The position numbers and the translations under genes are program-made. The notes beneath the pieces are model-generated. The model worked only from the letters and a program-made list of their open reading frames with translations. It had not been told where the DNA came from and ran no database searches. A stretch of 63,583 nt of DNA, filler included. It is 6 parts of 6 records of this genome, joined end to end, with 100 filler letters (N's around TTAATTAATTAA, not from the genome) between each part and the next. Parts side by side here need not be neighbours in the genome. Positions count along the whole stretch, not along the records: positions 54,565 to 63,583 come from SRR31156797_34357; 5 more parts are not named here. One strand, 5' to 3'. Shown here piece after piece: positions 62,779 through 63,583 of the stretch (its first letter is position 1; each line of letters opens with the position of its first letter).

Positions 62779-62816
62779 ACCTTTCTTAATCTAGAATTAA
62801 CTAAACTAAGAAAGGT
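62779..62816 (-). terminator. Stem-loop downstream of the precursor gene
   Basis: ACCTTTCTTA...TAAGAAAGGT, 10-bp stem. Confidence 0.6.
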
Positions 62817-62835
62817 CTATCAGATTATAATATGA

Positions 62836-63087
62836 CTAATTACATCCGTTAGTTACAAGGCATGTGTCTCCTCCACAAGTTTCTCCACAAGTAAGGTAGC
62901 AGGTAACGCAAGTATTTCCATCACAAGTATTCATACAAGTATGGTCCCATTTTGTATTAAGATTAGTACAATTACAAGAATCAGCGCAAGTATGGGCAGG
63001 ACCAGATACTCCACCTTTAACATTCAATTTTTCAGAATTTGTAAGATTACTTACGATACTTTTGTTTAAAAAAAGCTTCTTTTTCAT
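62836..63087 (-). CDS. lanA: Class I lanthipeptide precursor
   Basis: Leader MKKKLFLNKSIVSNL...VKGG (26 aa, double-Gly); 57-aa core with 11 Cys, 11 Thr and 2 Ser. Confidence 0.92.
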   Translation of the reverse strand: MKKKLFLNKSIVSNLTNSEKLNVKGGVSGPAHTCADSCNCTNLNTKWDHTCMNTCDGNTCVTCYLTCGETCGGDTCLVTNGCN

Positions 63088-63142
63088 AATAATTAATTTA
63101 AGTTAATAAAAATTTGGTAATAAAATACAATACAAAAATATT

Positions 63143-63415
63143 CTAGTTTAAGGTACCTATATGTCCTTTTGATTTTTTTGAATAATTGAGATTGTAATTT
63201 AATAATGGAGTAGGTAATTCACCTTTTGTAATAAAGTAGGTTTCTCTTTTTCGTGAGTAGCTTATTTCGACATAATAGAGTTGGCACAAAAACTCTACCC
63301 ATCGTGTAATACATTTCTCACTCACACCCATGCGCTCAGCAATTACATAGCGCGGCCCGGTGTTTTCATTAGCTATAAGATAAGCTAATTGCTTTAGTTT
63401 TCTGATGTTTTTCAT
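63143..63415 (-). CDS. Small winged-HTH protein
   Basis: LI....TG....IAERMGVSEK.I......L.......ISYSR...Y pattern; first gene of the cluster. Confidence 0.7.
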   Translation of the reverse strand: MKNIRKLKQLAYLIANENTGPRYVIAERMGVSEKCITRWVEFLCQLYYVEISYSRKRETYFITKGELPTPLLNYNLNYSKKSKGHIGTLN

Positions 63416-63554
63416 TGGATTATCCCCCTGTTTGTTTTCACTTGTTATTTACTTTTCGAGTCCCTTGTTCGAAAATTTTATGTGTGTAAAACTATTTTAA
63501 AGGGTTTTTATTTCCAATAAAAATAGTGTGAACGGTCATTGTTATTGTATAAGC

Positions 63555-63583
63555 GGTCAAATGAATTGTTAATGGGCTATTTT
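63555..63583 (+). repeat. 29-bp terminal direct repeat, right copy
   Basis: Identical to 54565-54593. Confidence 0.95.

Noticed and set aside
1-63583. CRISPR arrays, tRNA/rRNA genes, transposases and integrases
   Set aside because: None recognised by eye; covariance-model and HMM searches were not run.

Overview
This window is not one locus. It joins six unrelated contigs with 100-bp N-linkers that carry TTAATTAATTAA. Taxonomic labels below are inferred from gene content and composition. (1) 1-10327, Bacteroidota-like: an operon with a TonB-dependent receptor, a DUF4876-like lipoprotein, an outer-membrane barrel, a lipoprotein with gingipain (C25)-like catalytic motifs plus HEAT repeats, an ABC transporter and a DUF4857-like protein. 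(2) 10428-18899, Desulfobacterota-like: a zinc-ribbon/class III cyclase/AAA/TPR protein, then a BetI-like TetR with two matching operators, an FAD amine oxidoreductase and a sulfatase. (3) 19000-26689, FCB group (Marinimicrobia-like): a PorV/PorQ-family gene co-oriented with T9SS cargo, including an S8 protease. (4) 26790-46696, Desulfovibrionaceae-like: fixCX, yhdT-panF, an MCP, an SGNH hydrolase, a DMT transporter and a putative sigma54 formamide-utilisation regulon. The regulon comprises amiF, a UT-family channel, FmdB, a 16-Cys protein, a selenocysteine formate dehydrogenase (in-frame UGA plus SECIS), a transporter-fused sensor kinase and an enhancer-binding protein; its two promoters share the same CTACAA-N6-TTGTAG enhancer layout. 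(5) 46797-54464, Bacteroidota-like: hydF, wbqC, a LapA-like gene, two tandem secreted Cys-containing small proteins and aspA. (6) 54565-63583, Bacteroidota-like: a complete class I lanthipeptide cluster with split LanB and an 11-Cys/11-Thr core, bounded by an identical 29-bp sequence at both contig ends. All calls come from reading motifs by eye; no database searches were run.
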